From positions 64,001-128,000 of IMG/VR virus record IMGVR_UViG_3300012344_000386: a DNA stretch of 64,000 bases; one strand, given 5' to 3'. Below, piece by piece: positions 12,997 to 24,392 of the stretch. Source of the DNA: a virus (taxonomy: Duplodnaviria > Caudoviricetes). The first letter of the stretch is position 1; each line of letters begins with the position of its first letter. The notes below the pieces were generated by a model. That model searched no databases. It was not told the origin of the DNA and saw only the letters and a program-made list of their open reading frames with translations. The translations under genes were made by a program, and so were the position numbers.

Positions 12997-13430
12997 TCTA
13001 ATTAAAATATACTAAATTTAATTTTAACTAAATTTAATATAGATAAATAATTAGATAAATAATTTAAATAACAGAATACTTAATAAATTAATTATAATAA
13101 TCAATTCTACTGAATTAACCATACCAAATTAAAATGGTTATATTTAAAGAACAGATTTTAATAAAGTATACTTAGAAAACAAAAAGTGTAATTATATATA
13201 AATCAAAATTTTAATATAGTGATTTAATTATATAAATAATTTGTAAAAAGTAATCTGAGTTAAACTTTAATACGGATATTTTTATTTTATATCCATTATT
13301 ATATTGAATAAATATTATAAGTTATTAAATTATCAAATTAAAACGTAAATATTAATAAAAATAACTTAGATAAATATTTTAAGAAATTCAATATAAAATT
13401 TAACAAAAAATTAATAAACAAAATTTTAAT

Positions 13431-15434
13431 ATGAAAGTAAAAAGTAATAAGTCTGTTGCATAGGCTTACGAATCATATGTAAATCGTGCAACTGCTAAGA
13501 ATAGCGACAAAGCTATCTATGAATCATGGGCACCTACTATTAAGAAAATCACAGGTGTTGAAGATGCTGATAAACTTGCTTGGATGTCTCAGCTTGCACA
13601 TAATACAGCAAAGTTGAATGAGGATGCATTCGTAATGCCATCTAACGCATATTCACAGTTCGGTGGTACATATCAACCATATAACAACCTTTATAATACA
13701 CTCGGTGTTGGTGATCCAGTTCCTGCTGGCAAACCTGCTTTGACTGGCGCTGACTACGCTGATAACAAGAACCTTGGTTCTGGTGACAAGTATCCTACTT
13801 TGTTACCTCTTGCTCTTAAGGTCGCTGCTAAGACTATCGGTTTCGAACTTGTAAACACAACTCCACTTGATGGTCCTACCGGTGTTCTTCCTTATATGGA
13901 TTATGTATATTCAGGTTCAAAGCAACCTTATGGTGCTACTCCTGCTTATTCAGCTCGTACACAGAATCCTCAGGCTAACTCTCAGACTAACGCTCCTTTC
14001 GAGATGTATGGTCTTCCTCATTCATTCAAGGCTTCTATTGCTCCTGGTGAGGCTACTGTTGCTGATGGTTCTACAACAGATTCTTCTACTGCTGTTAAGT
14101 TGTCTCCTGCACAGATTAAGCGTATGTTGAAGGGCGCTTCTGCAATGCCTGCTGGTACAACACTTGTATCTGCATCTGATTTTGTAGATTTCGATTCTTC
14201 TCATCCACATGTAGGTGCTTCTAACGAACTTGTAGTTGAGTTCATTGGTTGGTCTCGTATCGATGGTGATCCTATGTTCAAGGTAGTTTCTGGTACACAG
14301 TCACTTGGTGCATATTTCAATGGTGGTTCACTTGATTTTACTGCAGTTTATACTCCAGTTGGTTCTTCTGAGGAAGTAAATGTAGTTCTTACACTTCACG
14401 CTCCTCGTCTTATCTCAATGCTTGAGGATCAAATTCAAGGTTTCACAGGTGCTGGTGAGCGTGATCGTGACGCTTGGTATGGTACATATCAGGATGGTAC
14501 AACACTTTATGAACCAATGAGTCGTGGTACTGGTGAGCAAACAATGGCTCGTCAACTTTCACTTCAGTTGTTCACAAAGAACGTACAGGTTGGTACAATT
14601 ATGGTGGGTTGCGCTGTAACACAGGAACAGGTAACAGACCTTCAGAAACAATGGGGTATCGATGTTATCAAGATGGTAGAGAATGCTGGTATCAACGAGC
14701 TTTCTGCAACTATTAACCGTCACATCACATCTCGTTTGTTCGCTCTTGGTTGGAAGAACCATTACAAACTTGTTGAGGTTGAAGGTCCTGCAGCTAACTT
14801 GAATCTTAGCTTCGATCCTTCTTATACTGCAACTTCTGGTGTTCGTATGACTCCTGCTCTTGCAATTCCTCAGTCAGATATGAATGATGCAACTGGTGTT
14901 GCTTATAAGAGCTATGTAAATGTTGCTCTTCCATACAAGCCAATGTATATTCCTTCTGGTGCAGCTTTCGAAAACCGTGATACTCTTCTTAAGAGACTTG
15001 CTGTTAACTTCTTGGCTGCTTCTAACTGGATTCTTCAGAGAGGTCGTTATGGTGCAGCTACATTCGCTGTAACTAACATCACAATCGCTACACTCCTTCA
15101 GAGTAACGCTAACTATACATTCTCACCTGTTGCTAACACTATTTCTCAGAATGGCGGTTCACTTTATCCAATCGGTGGTATGTTCGGTTTGACAATCTAT
15201 GTTGACCCTCTTATGGGTGGTTCTGATAACCGTGTACTTGTTGGTCGTAAGGGTGGCAAGGATGAACCAGGTGTTCACTTCTGTCCATATGTAATGGCTG
15301 AATCAGTTCAGATTATTGCAGAAGGTACAATGAGTCCTAAGCTTATGATAAAATCAAGATATGCTCTTGTAGACGCTGGTTTCTATCCAGAAACACAATA
15401 TCTTACATTCTGTGTAGATGTTGCAGGTCTTTGA
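13431..15434 (+). CDS. major capsid protein (T4 gp23-like), 667 aa, single TAG at codon 11
   Basis: gp23-type motifs LLPLALKVAAKTIGFELV..PLDGPTG, INELSATINR and FCPYV..EGTMSPKLMIKSRY; strongly biased high-expression codon usage. ATG 13431 is in frame through TAG 13461-13463. Confidence 0.9.
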
Positions 15435-15459
15435 TAATTTTATCAAACAATTATATAAT

Positions 15460-15492
15460 AAAGTCTCTAAGATTAATTTCTTAGAGACTTTT
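15460..15492. terminator. bidirectional intrinsic terminator
   Basis: AAAGTCTCTAAGA / TCTTAGAGACTTT between convergent genes. Confidence 0.8.
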
Positions 15493-17178
15493 CTTTTTAT
15501 ATATAAATTTTAAATTACCAGGGCCGAATACTCTATAATGTTTTAATGAATGCATAATTTCTATTTCTGTTAAATTCTTATCATATCCTAATGATACTAA
15601 TTTATTTTTAGTATAATTCAAACGATTTTCTCTTATATTATTAACTACCCACCAATATTCATTATCTATTATTTTATCTATAATAAATCCACTATTAATA
15701 TATGATGATCCTTTTAAATCAATCCATGATAAATCCGCATAACTATATATAGATGATATATTAAAATTAGTAATAATATATTTCATTAATTTAGAAAAAC
15801 CACCAATAACATTAATATATTTTTTTGTACATAAACGTAATAGCTCATATGAAACAGTGTCTTTATTATGTCCTATTAAGTTTCGAGATTTACCTAATCC
15901 TATTACTTCAACTAATTCATTATTATAATATAATCCAACTTTTATAGATGCATTAACAGATCCATGTAAATGATTTTCATTACAAAAATCTCTATATAAT
16001 TTAGGAGTTAATTCTTTAATTATACATTTTCTTGCATATACATGTTTATTTAATTTTAATTTACTAGATAAACGACTTAATATAATTTCTTTCTTATTAA
16101 TATCATTCCAATCATCTTCCCATATATAAATTAAAGAATAACCTAATTTTTCTATAAATTCTTTCTTTTTATAATGATAATAATTATCTGATTTTTGTAA
16201 TTCAGAATGCCAATATAAACCATTACAATCTATTGCTAAATTTAATTCAGGAATTAATATATCTACTTCATAATGTTCCTTACCATTATAAATATGTTTA
16301 TTAGTTAATATAGAATATTTTGTATCTTTTATTAATTTACCAATTTCATTTACAACATCTTTTTCAAAATTACTCATAAACGTTAATTCTTTATATTCAC
16401 ATTTATTGCAATATATATGCTTTATATTTCTGTAATAATAATTTATTGCTTGTCTATTAATTTCATTTATATGACCACATTTATTACATTTAATTTGAAA
16501 TGTATCATTATTATTAGAAATATATGTATAATTCATTTCTGATATTTTTTTAATAATATCATTTAATGAATTTATTTTTCTAGCTTTTGCTGATTTATCA
16601 GTAATTACTTTATGTGCATTATTCCCATATTTTTCATATATTTTATTACGAACTTCCTTTGATTCTAATGCACATTTAACACCATATTTTTCTAATGTTG
16701 ATTTTTCTCTATTCTTATTTGCTAATTCTGTTTGAACACCACATGATGCACCATTATGTTTCTTCTTAAAATCTTCAAAGAATTTTTTCTTAAATTCAGG
16801 ATCTTGCATATTATGTGTAATTCCATTATGATTTTTCGCATATGTTTCTCTCATCTTTTTCTGAATTTCTTTAAAGTCATGGTGATATTTATTTCCATAT
16901 GCAACTGATTTTGCTCTACATTCCTTTGTACCACATGTAGGAAAATAACCAACAGGAAATTTATGGAATTTTCTAGATTTACCACAATGAGGACATTTTT
17001 GAATTTCTGTTATATTATTATACCAACAATATACACGTTCAGATTTCTCCGGATTATGTTCATCTAAAAATGATGTTTTCTTTTTTAATGTATCTAATAA
17101 ATCTTCATGGTATCGTAATAAATTATTAAATCTTTTTATATTGAAATCTTTTCTATATTCATCTAAATTTAATTCCAT
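15481..17178 (-). CDS. Hef-like homing-endonuclease-type protein: Zn fingers, Vsr/DUF559-like nuclease, C-terminal Mom/GNAT-like domain
   Basis: CxxC fingers and EKYGV repeats; EVDILIPELNLAIDCNGLYWH..IWEDDW; then ARKC..NHLHG..ELLRLC..SYAD..GF. Confidence 0.75.
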   Translation of the reverse strand: MELNLDEYRKDFNIKRFNNLLRYHEDLLDTLKKKTSFLDEHNPEKSERVYCWYNNITEIQKCPHCGKSRKFHKFPVGYFPTCGTKECRAKSVAYGNKYHHDFKEIQKKMRETYAKNHNGITHNMQDPEFKKKFFEDFKKKHNGASCGVQTELANKNREKSTLEKYGVKCALESKEVRNKIYEKYGNNAHKVITDKSAKARKINSLNDIIKKISEMNYTYISNNNDTFQIKCNKCGHINEINRQAINYYYRNIKHIYCNKCEYKELTFMSNFEKDVVNEIGKLIKDTKYSILTNKHIYNGKEHYEVDILIPELNLAIDCNGLYWHSELQKSDNYYHYKKKEFIEKLGYSLIYIWEDDWNDINKKEIILSRLSSKLKLNKHVYARKCIIKELTPKLYRDFCNENHLHGSVNASIKVGLYYNNELVEVIGLGKSRNLIGHNKDTVSYELLRLCTKKYINVIGGFSKLMKYIITNFNISSIYSYADLSWIDLKGSSYINSGFIIDKIIDNEYWWVVNNIRENRLNYTKNKLVSLGYDKNLTEIEIMHSLKHYRVFGPGNLKFIYKKKSL

Positions 17179-17180
17179 AA

Positions 17181-18836
17181 TTATAATTTATATTTTAAAA
17201 TTCCTGCACTATAACATTTAACTAAATCTTGTTTATGTTCAGAATCTTTAATTTTATTTAATCTATTATATCTTATTCCTTTATACATCCATTTCCAATT
17301 ATCACTTCTGCTTATATAAGTCATTCCAAGATTCTCATAAAGTTTACCGTTTGATATATCACATTCTGCATAACTGATAATATTTTTATAATCATAATGT
17401 TTTTTAAAATGTGAAAATAATTTACTGGCGCCTCCAATTATTTGATAATTAAGTTTATTACAAAATCTTATTATCTCTATATCATCATTATCAGATTTGA
17501 ATCTGGATTTACCAAATGTCATTATTGAAATTAATTCATCATTATAATAAAGTCCTAATCGTATTTTATCTATCGAATATCCTTGAAGGTGATTTTTATT
17601 TATAAATTCTTTTGCTATATTATAAGGAACTTCTTTAATTATTGTTTTCCTTGCATATATTCTGATATTATATATTCCTAATTTTGATTTAATAAGTGAA
17701 TATACTATATCTCTTTTATATAAGAGATCATCTTCCCATATGAATATTAATTGAATTCCTTTATCTTTACATTGTTTCCATTTATTATAATGGTAATTTT
17801 TTGTTTTAAATTTATCGGAATGCCACCAACAGCCATTATATTCTATAGCAACATTATTATTAGGAAAATAAAAATCCAATTCACCTTTAATAATATCTTG
17901 TGTATTTTTAATTACATTTAAATTTAATGAATCAATAAATTTTCCTAATTCTATTTCTTGAGATGATTTATTAAATCCATATAAGTGTTTATCACAGAAT
18001 TTTCTATATTCATTTGCTGTTGGTGAAAATGAAACTTTAGTATCACATATACAACAATGTGGTCTTCCTTTTAAATCATGAAGAAATTGATAATATACTT
18101 CTTTCATAACTATATTATCATTAAATGATTCTACATATTTTTCAAAATAAGTTATTAGAATTTTATAATATTTAGGAAAATAAGTTAACCACCATTTATA
18201 TTTCATATTATGTGAATATTTCTTATAAAACTCAGGAAATATCTTTTGGAATTCATTTATTTCTTTTTCTGTAGGTATATATGTATCTATTATGTTTTTG
18301 TTACATTGAATACAGAATGTTCCGTTATTATATTCATGTATTTTATTTGCCGTAGTTTTATAAACCGGTATATTACCATGAATACAATAATTATTGAATA
18401 TATAATAATTTGGTTTTGAATAATCACAGTTCATATTTTCTGTATATGAATCTACTTTATGTATATTGACATAATGTTTCAATGCACCTTGTTTACATTT
18501 ATCAGCATGCTCATTAGACAAATGTTGATATTCTGCTGTACATTCTTTACAACAACATTGTTGAAATCCTATTTTGAAATTCCGTAATTTCGTGTTATTG
18601 TTACAATTAGGATTTTTACATTTAGGTATAGTAGGAATATCTTTTAATATACAATAAAGTATTTCTCTGAATTCATCTTCAGAAAAATGTTGTTTATATA
18701 CATTATAAAATTCAGGAAATTTATTAAATACAGATTTTTTAATTAATGATTTTGATTTTATTTCATTATCTATTATATAAGTTTCTTTTAATCCTTTTAT
18801 TATATCATTGGTAAATATTTCTTGAATAGTGTTCAT
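17181..18836 (-). CDS. Hef-like homing-endonuclease-type protein (paralog of the adjacent gene)
   Basis: ELDFYFPNNNVAIEYNGCWWH..IWEDD; ARKT..NHLQG..EIIRFC..GGASKLF..SYAEC..GKLY. Confidence 0.75.
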   Translation of the reverse strand: MNTIQEIFTNDIIKGLKETYIIDNEIKSKSLIKKSVFNKFPEFYNVYKQHFSEDEFREILYCILKDIPTIPKCKNPNCNNNTKLRNFKIGFQQCCCKECTAEYQHLSNEHADKCKQGALKHYVNIHKVDSYTENMNCDYSKPNYYIFNNYCIHGNIPVYKTTANKIHEYNNGTFCIQCNKNIIDTYIPTEKEINEFQKIFPEFYKKYSHNMKYKWWLTYFPKYYKILITYFEKYVESFNDNIVMKEVYYQFLHDLKGRPHCCICDTKVSFSPTANEYRKFCDKHLYGFNKSSQEIELGKFIDSLNLNVIKNTQDIIKGELDFYFPNNNVAIEYNGCWWHSDKFKTKNYHYNKWKQCKDKGIQLIFIWEDDLLYKRDIVYSLIKSKLGIYNIRIYARKTIIKEVPYNIAKEFINKNHLQGYSIDKIRLGLYYNDELISIMTFGKSRFKSDNDDIEIIRFCNKLNYQIIGGASKLFSHFKKHYDYKNIISYAECDISNGKLYENLGMTYISRSDNWKWMYKGIRYNRLNKIKDSEHKQDLVKCYSAGILKYKL

Positions 18837-18965
18837 AAATTTTTAAGTATATTTCACATTATTTATATATAAAAGAATACTCGAAGTTTATGTTTATTTT
18901 TTAAAAACAAATAGGTATTTTTTAACTATAAATATAAGGTAAGAAATTAAACAGCAAGTATAGTT

Positions 18966-20909
18966 ATGCAATTAAATGATTATATAAAGCAATATAATAA
19001 TAATGAAATAAGTTTAAGACAATTAATATATATAGTTAGAAATCATGAAGATATTAATAAAGAAGTATATGAGTTTACAGATTTTTTAAAGAATGATGAA
19101 GATATATTAGAGAGACTTTATTATGTTATTCATGATTTGCATGAGATAGTAACATGTAAGTATTGCAGTAAGAAAGCAGTATGGAGTGGACGTATAGGAA
19201 ACGGATACAAAACTACATGTGGATCTTATATATGTAAAGCGATGCATGCTTCTATGACTCGTGAAAAATACAAGGATAGTTTTGAGATTGCTAAACACAG
19301 GGATTCAAAATTCGTAGATTGGCAGAATTCAATTACTGAATTAGATGAAATGAATGATTATATTATTAAGAATCATATCATATATGATAAATATGTTCCA
19401 TTGATTACTAATAAGTACATATTGGATTATCTTAATAATAGATATAAAGATTCTGCATCTATATTGGAAACTGTTCAACGAATAAGGAAAGGCGTAGAAG
19501 AAAAACCTACATGTCCCGTATGTGGAAAACCTGTTATTTGGGTTGGTAAGAATACAAAGTTGTATACTAAATATTGTTCAACAAGTTGTTCCAGTAAGGC
19601 TCCAAGATTTAAATATATTCCGACACTATTGATTAAGTATACTGTTGATGATAATATAAATGAGATTATTGAGAAACAAGATAAGATTGATATAGAAAAA
19701 GAAAAGCAGGAGAAATTAAAGAAATCAATTCATAATAAGGATAAGGAAACGAAAAAAACATCAAGTATCAATGATGTATTTCCTATTAAGACTGAGACAA
19801 ATAGTTTAGATATTAAATCAGAAAAGAAAAAAGAAAAAATAGTTGATAAGAATACACCTATATCTGATTTATTAAGTAAGCCTAAATACAAACCTGTATT
19901 GATTAACGGTGAAGAAGAGACAGAAGAAAATATGTGTAAGAGCGCTAATGCTACATCCGCACATGTTAATGAGATTGTCGATAAGTATTTAGATAGAGAG
20001 TTTGAAAAAATTCAGAATATATATTTCCCACCTTCTACTGTTCATCCTGTTACAGAATTAGATTGTATCAAGGAATTTGAATATATAAAATCAAAGGATA
20101 GGAATTTGAAGACACCATCCAAGATTATTAAGATGTTTCATAAGTCTATTATATATGCACATATTGAAAATAGTGTTTCACCTTTTGATGGATGGAATAT
20201 GATTAAAAATGATAAGGAATTATTCAGGAAGTTATTATGTAATAGATTGAAATTTGCTGATTGGTATAAATCAGAAGAGCATAGGAAATATATTGATTTA
20301 TGTTATGTTCCTGATTTTATATATGGAATTGGATTGAATGCATCTAGGATGTTTCAGACTGTTACATATTTCAAACCGGATTTAGCAAAATATCTTATAA
20401 AGAAATATCTTAATGAATTTGATACAATATTTGATCCGTTCTCGGGATATAGTGGAAGAATGATAGGAACATTGGCATGTAATAAATCATATATAGGTAG
20501 AGATTTATGTGAATCAAGTGTTAAGGAAAGTAAGGAGATATATAAGTTTTTGAAACCTATAATTGATTCTGATTTATTAGTTAACGTTACATGTGATTTA
20601 GGAATTGCAGATTGTTGTAAGAATACTGGTAAATACCAATGTTTGTTGACATGTTCGCCATATGGAAATATTGAAAATTGGCCTGGAGTAGAGTCTGTTA
20701 ACAGAGGATGTGACGGATGGATAGATATTTGTCTTAAGAATTATGATTGTCAGAAATATTTGTTTGTGACAGATGATTTGATTACAAAATATGTGCCATA
20801 TATAAAAGAAACGTTGACAAACAGATCTCATTTTGGTTCCAATAAAGAATATGTTGTTATAATAACGAAAGAAGAACGGGATAAGATTATACAAAATATT
20901 AAAGGTTGA
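18966..20909 (+). CDS. amino-DNA methyltransferase (N4C/N6A) fused to N-terminal Zn-finger modules
   Basis: SAM-binding motif I IFDPFSGYSGR, YIGRDL, motif IV-like TCSPY; N-terminal CKYC and CPVCGK..YCSTSC. Confidence 0.75.
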   Translation: MQLNDYIKQYNNNEISLRQLIYIVRNHEDINKEVYEFTDFLKNDEDILERLYYVIHDLHEIVTCKYCSKKAVWSGRIGNGYKTTCGSYICKAMHASMTREKYKDSFEIAKHRDSKFVDWQNSITELDEMNDYIIKNHIIYDKYVPLITNKYILDYLNNRYKDSASILETVQRIRKGVEEKPTCPVCGKPVIWVGKNTKLYTKYCSTSCSSKAPRFKYIPTLLIKYTVDDNINEIIEKQDKIDIEKEKQEKLKKSIHNKDKETKKTSSINDVFPIKTETNSLDIKSEKKKEKIVDKNTPISDLLSKPKYKPVLINGEEETEENMCKSANATSAHVNEIVDKYLDREFEKIQNIYFPPSTVHPVTELDCIKEFEYIKSKDRNLKTPSKIIKMFHKSIIYAHIENSVSPFDGWNMIKNDKELFRKLLCNRLKFADWYKSEEHRKYIDLCYVPDFIYGIGLNASRMFQTVTYFKPDLAKYLIKKYLNEFDTIFDPFSGYSGRMIGTLACNKSYIGRDLCESSVKESKEIYKFLKPIIDSDLLVNVTCDLGIADCCKNTGKYQCLLTCSPYGNIENWPGVESVNRGCDGWIDICLKNYDCQKYLFVTDDLITKYVPYIKETLTNRSHFGSNKEYVVIITKEERDKIIQNIKG

Positions 20910-20936
20910 ATATTACTCTTAATATTCAACCTTTTT
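20901..20936. terminator. bidirectional terminator
   Basis: AAAGGTTGAATATTA / TAATATTCAACCTTT overlapping both convergent stop codons. Confidence 0.75.
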
Positions 20937-21909
20937 CATTTATCATACGCTCAAATTTTGAATTATTATATCTATTATAAAATAGTTTTTTTGCACGTAT
21001 TTTTACTTTTTGTATTCTTTTTAAATAAATCTTCAATACTTGTTGTATAGTATTAATACCGTATATATCATTAAAATTCTATTTATATTTCTGATTTATT
21101 ATATTTAAATTATTCATCATTAATATATCATTAATATATTTTTCAATATTATAATATATTAATAAAAAATTACCAGATTGTATATTTAAATATATAAATT
21201 TTTTAATTTGTGTATATGTATACTTACTTTTTAAAAATTTTATTCTTCTTATATTGTTTAAATCATGTTTATAACTATCATCTATATTTTCTAAATATGC
21301 AGTATATTCTGAATATGCAACATAATCTATAAATGAACTTAAATAATACATAATTGACGTTTCATTATTTTGTATAAGATTTTTATTATATGTTGTAAAA
21401 CTTATTTCTGGTTCATCCTATAATTCATATGTTTGTATTAAATAATCTCTAAATAATACTTCTTTCTATTGTATATCATTTGTAATTTTAATTGTGTGAT
21501 CAAATATATGTTTTATCTCATGATATATTGCTGGTACAATAGAATCTATATTAGTAAATTTTAACGGATTTATAAATATCACTGTGTGTTCAACTATATG
21601 ATTCTAATAATTATATTTAAATTCAACTTCAGGTGTAAATACCGATGTAAAATTAAATGTGGAATCAACTACAATATTTAATTTCCATATAAAATTAAAT
21701 ACGTTTTTTACATAAAATTCTTTATAATACGGTTGTTTTTCAGTCTTTGTCATATCATATATTCCGGTTGCTATTGTTTCAATTTTTAAACGAAATGACT
21801 AATCATTATAATTTAATATACCATACTATTCATATAAATCATCAGAATATAATTTATGAAAATTGTCTATACATGCACCATGTAAATTAGGATATTTCTT
21901 TTTTATCAT
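20926..21909 (-). CDS. putative zincin metalloprotease (HEIKH), 327 aa with TAG=Gln
   Basis: ATG 21909 to TGA 20926, open apart from TAGs; contains IYHEIKHIFD and downstream SEYTAY; includes track ORF 21079..21351. Confidence 0.65.
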
Positions 21910-22273
21910 TATTAAAAATAATAATATTTTCTTTATTTATATATTGAACTTTTTAATTATTACATAATATAAGATAATGTATAATTAGTGATATAACGTT
22001 TTTTTCATTAATAAATAATAGGAATGTTTATACGCTAATTCTTTTTTGTTTAATTTAGAAAAAGTAAATACATTTATTTGTTGGTTTGGTACAGACAAAG
22101 ATGTAAGTAAATGGTTGAAACGTGCTGATATATTAAATAAATGTACAAAATTTATTGATATTAATACAATAAAAATTAATAAATCAGATGGAATTATTTA
22201 TGAAATTATTCAAAAAATAAATGATTTAATTAATTTAGATTAAATTCTATTTTTATATTTAAAATAATATATG

Positions 22274-22281
22274 TATCTTTG
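22274..22281 (+). promoter_or_regulatory. Bacteroidota primary-sigma -7 element (TATCTTTG)
   Basis: Matches the TAnnTTTG consensus ~30 nt upstream of the methyltransferase ATG; the same TGTATCTTTG recurs at five more intergenic sites. Confidence 0.7.
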
Positions 22282-22312
22282 TAATAATAATTAATATATA
22301 AAGACATTTATT

Positions 22313-23665
22313 ATGAAACAAAATAAAATATATAAGTTTACAAATAAAACAATAAATATTAAGCAATATATTAAGGATATTAATAATATTCATAATATTG
22401 TTATATTTGGTAACACTACAAATTTATTAGGAACATTTGAACGTGTATACTCTGATAAAGAAAATGAGATTGGTTACGAATATAATGGTATATTATATGA
22501 TAATCCATGTCCTTTACCAAAAATTGGTAACTTAGAAAATTCTATTGATAATTTAGATATTTTTGATAAATTAATAGATAATAATGTGGATATACTTATT
22601 ATTTGTGGTAATGATGTAACGAAAACGTATTGGGAAGATATATATGAATATTATGTAATACAAAATAATGGAATTGAAATTAAAAATTTTAGAATGCTTA
22701 ATTTCGATGAGAATAAAAATAGTTATGAATATGAAGTGAATAAGATAATTGAAAAGAATAAAAAATTTGATGTAATACTTGCAAATCCACCATATGGAAA
22801 TATTGGTAAAAAAATGCTTTATAATTTTTTTAATATTGCAAATGAAATAGTAAGTATACAGCCATCTAATTGGTTAATTACAAAAAGTCAAAATAAAAAA
22901 ATTACAAATAATGTGGATAATTGTGATTTTGTAGAAATTGAAACAGTTGATGGTAATGAATATTTTGATGCAGCTATTGCAGGACGAATAACAATAAATC
23001 ATTTTATTCAACAGAATAATAGTGCTCATCATAATAGACGTTATATATTATTTGATGGAAAGAAATATGATAAATGTAATGAAATAACATTAGCTAGTAA
23101 TGATTCTTTATTAACAGAATTTAAAAATATTGTTGAACCATTATATTTAAATGATAATTTACAAAATCATATAAAAAGTATACCAAATGTACACGTATTC
23201 GGTAATGCACCAGTTGAATATAACCCAGATGATAATTGGTGGATTTTTAGAATTACAAGATTTAGTGTACATCCGGATGGTAAACATACTAATTGGTGCA
23301 TTAATTCTCGAAATAATTTATGTATATATAAATTTAAAGATATAAAAAATAAAGTAGAAAAAGGAAATCAATTTTTAAAATATTATATACCTTTTAATAA
23401 TAAACAAGATGTTAAAAATCTTAATAATTATATACAAACTGATTTTTGTAGAATTTGCTTATATTTAATTCAAACGTCATATGAATTAGGGAGAGGAGAG
23501 TGTAAATGTATTCCTTATTTTGATTTTTCTGATGATATATTTAATAAATCACCTTCTGAAATAGATGATTATTTATTTAAGAAATATCACATATCTCAGG
23601 AAATAAGGACGCATATTGAAGAAATACTTCCGGATTATTATAATATAAGAAAAGGTAGAGATTAA
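22313..23665 (+). CDS. N6-adenine methyltransferase catalytic/specificity subunit (Eco57I/type IIG-like, NPPY), expressed C-terminal cassette A
   Basis: KKFDVILANPPY (motif IV), SIQPSNW, GNEYFDAAI; C-terminal IP..DF..ID.YLFKKY.IS..I..I. No SAM-binding motif I in this ORF. Confidence 0.75.
   Translation: MKQNKIYKFTNKTINIKQYIKDINNIHNIVIFGNTTNLLGTFERVYSDKENEIGYEYNGILYDNPCPLPKIGNLENSIDNLDIFDKLIDNNVDILIICGNDVTKTYWEDIYEYYVIQNNGIEIKNFRMLNFDENKNSYEYEVNKIIEKNKKFDVILANPPYGNIGKKMLYNFFNIANEIVSIQPSNWLITKSQNKKITNNVDNCDFVEIETVDGNEYFDAAIAGRITINHFIQQNNSAHHNRRYILFDGKKYDKCNEITLASNDSLLTEFKNIVEPLYLNDNLQNHIKSIPNVHVFGNAPVEYNPDDNWWIFRITRFSVHPDGKHTNWCINSRNNLCIYKFKDIKNKVEKGNQFLKYYIPFNNKQDVKNLNNYIQTDFCRICLYLIQTSYELGRGECKCIPYFDFSDDIFNKSPSEIDDYLFKKYHISQEIRTHIEEILPDYYNIRKGRD
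23035..23110 (+). repeat. 76-bp perfect inverted repeat, left copy (inside the methyltransferase CDS)
   Basis: TAGACGTTATATATTATTTGATGG...AGTAATGATTCTTTA is the exact reverse complement of 24259..24334. Confidence 0.95.
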
Positions 23666-24334
23666 TTCTCTACCTTTATATTTTTATATTTATTTAAATC
23701 TAAACTATAATAGTTTGGTACAATTTTTAATATATGATTAACAATATTATTTAATATATTATATTTGTCAAACAAATATATATCAATATCTTCTATTGTC
23801 TTACTAAATATTTTATTATTAAAATCAACCCATGGAATATGTGTTAATGTATCATCATCTAAATGTAAATTTTTCTTAAAACAATATATACATGTACTAA
23901 CAAATAATGTATGCGTATATTTCCAAAAATTTTGTAATTCATTTTCATTATCAAATTCAATAAAATATTGAACATATTGATTACCATTTCTACTTATTTT
24001 ACTATTTAATTTATCTGCAATACCACAAACATCTGTATATTTTTCTTTATTTGAAAATAAATTATAGAACTCACCTATCAATTTAGAGCGGGTATTCGAA
24101 TGCCCGCTAAATGCTTTAATTCTACAAATATATTTATTTGATGGAAATTTTACATGTGGAGCATATGTATATGCTTTACCATTATTTGTTACTTTAATAT
24201 AATCACTTAATTTATTTGTTAATTTATCTATATTTGTTTTTTCAATAAAAGAATTAAGTAAAGAATCATTACTAGCTAATGTTATTTCATTACATTTATC
24301 ATATTTCTTTCCATCAAATAATATATAACGTCTA
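23662..24334 (-). other. silent alternative C-terminal (TRD) cassette B of the methyltransferase
   Basis: Frame is open from the right repeat (RRYILFDGKK..NDSL) through track ORF 23662..24081; in-frame TAA and no ATG upstream; homologous to the C-terminus of 22313..23665. Confidence 0.85.
24259..24334 (-). repeat. 76-bp perfect inverted repeat, right copy
   Basis: Exact reverse complement of 23035..23110. Confidence 0.95.
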
Positions 24335-24392
24335 ATACGATAAACAATTTAAGTTATTAATTATATAAATAATAAATAAATATAATTTAATT

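Noticed and set aside
22046-22243. 65-aa ORF upstream of the methyltransferase
   Set aside because: TTG start with an in-frame TAA shortly upstream even under code 15; possibly a remnant, but not supportable as a gene.
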